Below, piece by piece: positions 60,687-64,000 of a DNA stretch of 64,000 bases (its first letter is position 1; each line of letters opens with the position of its first letter). The translations under genes were made by a program, and so were the position numbers. The DNA is taken from contig OZ024744.1 of NCBI GenBank assembly GCA_964016885.1, forward strand, positions 129,022,001 to 129,086,000, written 5' to 3'. This DNA comes from Eledone cirrhosa (taxonomy: Eukaryota). The notes under the pieces were generated by a model. That model was given only the letters and a program-made list of their open reading frames with translations, had not been told where the DNA came from and did not search any database.

Positions 60687-63600
60687 TTAAGTTAAGTTGG
60701 GGCTAAGTTAAGTTGGGGCTAAGTTAAGTTGGGGCTAAGTTAAGTTGGAATTAAGTTAACTTTGGGTTAAGTTAAGTTGGGTTTGAGTTAAGTTGGGGTT
60801 AATTAAGTTGGGGTTAAGTTAAGTTGGGGTTAAGTTAAGTTGGGGTTAAGTTAAGTTGGGGTTAAGTTAAGTTGATGTTAAATTAAGTTGGGGTTAATTT
60901 AAGTTGGGGTTAAGTTAAGTTGGGGCTAAGTTAAGTTGGGGTTAAGTTAATTAGGGTTAAGTTAAGTTGGGGTTAAGTTAAGTTGGGGTTAAGTTAAGTT
61001 GGGGTTAAGTTAATTTGTGGTTAAGTTAAGTTGGGGTTAAGTTAAGTTGGGGTTAAGTTAAGTTGGGGATAAGTTAAGTTGAGGATAAGTTAAGTTGGGG
61101 TTAATTAAGTTGGGTTTAAGTTAAGTTGGGGTTAAGTTAAGTTGGGGTTAAGTTAAGTTGGGGTTAAGTTAAGTTGGTTAGTTAAGTTGAGTTTAAGTTA
61201 AGTTGGGGTTAATTTAAGTTGGGGTTAAGTTAAGTTGGGGTTAAGTTAATTTGGGGTTAAGTTAAGTTGGGGTTCAGTTAAGTTGGGGTTAAGTTAAGTT
61301 GGGGTTAAGTTGGGGTAAAATTAAGTTGGGGTTAAGTTAAGTTGCGGTTAAGTTAAAATGAGGTTAAGTTAAGTTGGGGTTAAGTTAAGTTGGGGTTAAG
61401 TTAAGTTGGGGCTAAGTTAAGTTGGGGCTAAGTTAAGTTGGGGCTAAGTTAAGTTGGGGTTAAGTTAACTTTCGGTTAAGTTAAGTTGGGTTTGAGTTAA
61501 GTTGGGGTTAATTAAGTTGGGGTTAAGTTAAGTTGGGGTTAAGTTAAGTTGGGGTTAAGTTAAGTTGGGGTTAAGTTAAGTTGATGTTAAGTTAAGTTGG
61601 GGTTAATTTAAGTTGGGGTTAAGTTAAGTTGGGGCTAAGTTAAGTTGGAGCTAAGTTAAATTGGGGCTAAGTTAAGTTGGGGTTAAGTTAAGTTGGGGTT
61701 AAGTTAAGGTGGGGTTAAGTTAAGTTGGGGTCAACTTAAGTTGGGGTTAAGTTAAGTTGGGGTTAACTTAAGTTGGGGTTAAGTTAAGTTGGGGTTAAGT
61801 TAAGTTGGGGTTAAGTTAAGTTGGGGTTACGTTAAGTTGGGGGTAAGTTAAGTTGGTGGTAAGTTAAGTTGGGGGTAAGTTAAGATGGGGTTAAGTTAGG
61901 GTTAAGTTAAGTTAGGGTTAAGTTAATTTGGGGTTGAGTTAAGTTGGGGTTAAGTTAAGTGGTGGTTATGTTAAGTTGGGGTTAAGTTAAGTTGGGGTTA
62001 ATTTAAATTGGGGTTAATTTAAATTTGTTGTTAAGTTAAGTTGGGGTTAATTTAAGTTGGGGTTAAGTTAAGTTGGGGTTGAGTTAAGTTGGGGTTGAGT
62101 GAAGTTGGGGTTAAGTTAAGTTGGGGTTGGGTTGAGTTAAGTTGGGGTTAATTTAAGTTGGGGCTAAGTTCATTTGGGGTTCAGTTAAGTTGGGGTTAAA
62201 TTAAGTTGGGGTTAAGTTAAGTTGGGGTTAAATTAAGTTGGGGTTAAGTTAAGTTGGGGTTAAGTTAAGTTGGGGTTAAGTTAATTTGGGGTTAAGTGAA
62301 GTTAGGGTTAAGTTAAGTTGGGGTTGAGTTAAGTTGGGGGTAAGTTAAGTTGGGGTTATGTTAAGTTGGGGTTACGTTAAGTTGGGTTTAAGTTAAGTTG
62401 GGGTTAAGTTAAGTTGGGGTTAAGTTAAGTTGGTGTTAATTTAAGTTGGGGTTAAGTTAAGTTGGGATTAATTTAAGTTGGGGTTAAGTTAAGTTGGGGT
62501 TAAGTTAAGTTGGGGTTAAATTAAGTTGGGGTTAAGTTAAGTTGGGGTTAAGTTAAGTTGGGGTTAAGTTAATTTGGGGTTAAGTTAAGTTAGGGTAAAG
62601 TTAAGTTGGGGTTGAGTTAAGTTGGGGTAAGTTAAGTTGGGGTTAAGTTAAGTTGGGGTTAAGTTAAGTTGGGGTTAAGTTAAGTTAGGCTTAACTTAAG
62701 TTGGGGTTAAGTTAAGTTGGGGGTGAGTTAAGTTGGGGGTAAGTTAAGTTGGGGTTAAGTTAAGTTGGGGTTAAGTTGGGGTTAAGTTAAGTTAGGGTTA
62801 AGTTAATTTGGGGTTGAGTTAAGTTGGGGTTAAGTTAAGTGGTGGTTATGTTAAGTTGGGGTTAAGTTAAGTTGGGGTTAATTTAAATTGGGGTTAATTT
62901 AAATTTGTTGTTAAGTTAAGTTGGGGTTAATTTAAGTTGGGGTTAAGTTAAGTTGGGGTTGAGTTAAGTTGTGGTTGAGTGAAGTTGGGGTTAAGTTAAG
63001 TTGGGGTTAAATTAAGTTGGGGTTAAGTTAAGTTGGGGTTGAGTTAAGTTGGGGTTAATTTAAGTTGGGGCTAAGTTAATTTGGGGTTAAGTTAAGTTGG
63101 GGTTAAATTAAGTTGGGGTTAAGTTAAGTTGGGGTTAAGTTAAGTTGGGGTTAAGTTAATTTGGGGTTAAGTGAAGTTAGGGTTAAGTTAAGTTGGGGCT
63201 GAGTTAAGTTGGGGGTAAGTTAAGTTGGGGTTATGTTAAGTTGGGGTTAAGTTAAGTTGGGGTTAAGTTAAGTTGGGGTTCAGTTAAGTTGCGGTTAAGT
63301 TAAGTTGGGGTTAAGTTAAGTTGGGGTTAAGTTAAGTTGGGGTTAATTTAAGTTGGGGTTAAGTTAAGTTGGGGTTAAGTTAATTTGTGGTTAAGTTAAG
63401 TTGGGGTTAAGTTAAGTTGGGGTTAAATTCAGTCGGGGTTAAGTTAAGTCGGGGTTAAGTTACGTTGGGGTTAAGTTAAGTTGGGGTTAAGTTAAGTTGG
63501 GGTTGAGTTAAGTTGGGGTTAAGTTAAGTTGGGGTTAAGTTAAGTTGGGGTTAAGTTAAGTTGGGGTTAAGTTAAGTTGGGGTTAATTTAAGTTGGGGTT

Positions 63601-64000
63601 AAGTTAAGTTGGGGTTAATTTAAGTTGGGGTTAATTTAAGTTGGGGTTAAGTTAAGTTGGGGTTAAGTTAAGTTGGGGTTAAGTTAAGTTGGGGTTAAGT
63701 TGGGGTTAAGTTAAGTTAGGGTTAACTTAAGTTGGGGTTGTGTTAAGTGGTGGTTATGTTAAGTGGTGGTTATGTTAAGTTGGGGTTAAGTTAAGTTGGG
63801 GTTAAGTTAAGTTGGGGTTAAGTTAAGTTGGGGTTAAGTTAATTAGGGTTAAGTTAAGTTGGGTTTAAGTTAAGTTGGGGTTAAGTTAATTTGTGGTTAA
63901 GTTAAGTTGGGGTTAAGTTAAGTTGGGGTTAAGTTAAGTTGGGGATACGTTAAGTTGGGGATAAGTTAAGTTGGGGTTAATTAAGTTGGGTTTAAGTTAA

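Larger units (their letters stand above)
3143..63440 (+). repeat. Irregular higher-order repeat, period 1.5-4.7 kb (mean ~3.35 kb; complete form ~4.1 kb)
   Basis: Marker AAATTCAGTCGGGG..AAGTCGGGG..TTACG starts at about 3143, 7015, 9200, 10733, 14600, 16801 (CAATC variant), 19830, 23702, 25855, 29172, 32776, 36125, 40209, 43822, 48510, 52283, 55467, 59240 and 63425. Flanking variants largely keep their order. Confidence 0.9.
1..64000 (+). repeat. Tandem satellite array of the 16-bp monomer TTAAGTTAAGTTGGGG (~4,000 copies), telomere-like, G-rich on the + strand, extending past both window edges
   Basis: The monomer is directly readable throughout. Consensus is 6 T, 4 A, 6 G and no C (37.5% GC). 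Variants are single substitutions and 11-, 15- and 17-bp monomers. I saw no inversion or foreign insert. Confidence 0.99.
1..64000 (+). other. Potential long-loop G-quadruplex (+ strand) and i-motif (- strand) array
   Basis: GGGG tracts every 16 bp with 12-nt loops fit the extended G3+N1-12 pattern but not the canonical N1-7 pattern. Folding is not demonstrated. Confidence 0.4.

Noticed and set aside
1-64000. Protein-coding ORFs on either strand
   Set aside because: Each monomer has two TAA triplets on each strand, and the 16-bp period cycles them through all frames. The consensus reads LS*VGVKLSWG*VKLG.
1-64000. Repetitive protein under a ciliate code (TAA=Gln)
   Set aside because: Frequent 11-, 15- and 17-bp monomers shift frame freely, TGA variants are common, and no codon-position bias in variants is apparent.
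1-64000. CRISPR array
   Set aside because: There are no unique spacers; monomers abut directly, and there is no leader or cas gene.
1-64000. Ordinary telomerase-synthesised terminal telomere tract
   Set aside because: Ordered variants are copied over multi-kb distances, there is no gradient toward pure repeats, and no chromosome end lies in the window. It remains possible beyond the right edge.
1-64000. Pure sequencing or basecalling artefact
   Set aside because: Specific variants recur in consistent nested order with copy-specific differences, which random error would not produce. Individual large duplications still need read validation.

Overview
The whole 64 kb window is one uninterrupted, single-orientation tandem array of a 16-bp monomer, TTAAGTTAAGTTGGGG (reverse complement CCCCAACTTAACTTAA), about 4,000 copies. 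I see no genes, RNA genes, transposons or unique sequence. The monomer looks like a telomeric repeat: it is G/T-rich, has no C on the + strand, and is built as TTAAG+TTAAG+TTGGGG. Its 11-bp deletion variant TTAAGTTGGGG is one base from the bumblebee telomere motif TTAGGTTGGGG. However, the array does not look freshly made by telomerase, because point variants recur in fixed order at several nested scales: runs of adjacent monomers, ~536, ~709 and ~891-bp doublets, an irregular 1.5-4.7-kb higher-order repeat (HOR; 19 copies of one marker), and recent 6.9-9.1-kb segmental duplications with mappable junctions. This fits a recombination-amplified, telomere-like eukaryotic satellite (centromeric, subtelomeric or interstitial, or a recombination-maintained telomere). 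Organism and chromosomal position cannot be determined from the sequence. Offsets were counted by hand from marker variants and need dot-plot confirmation.
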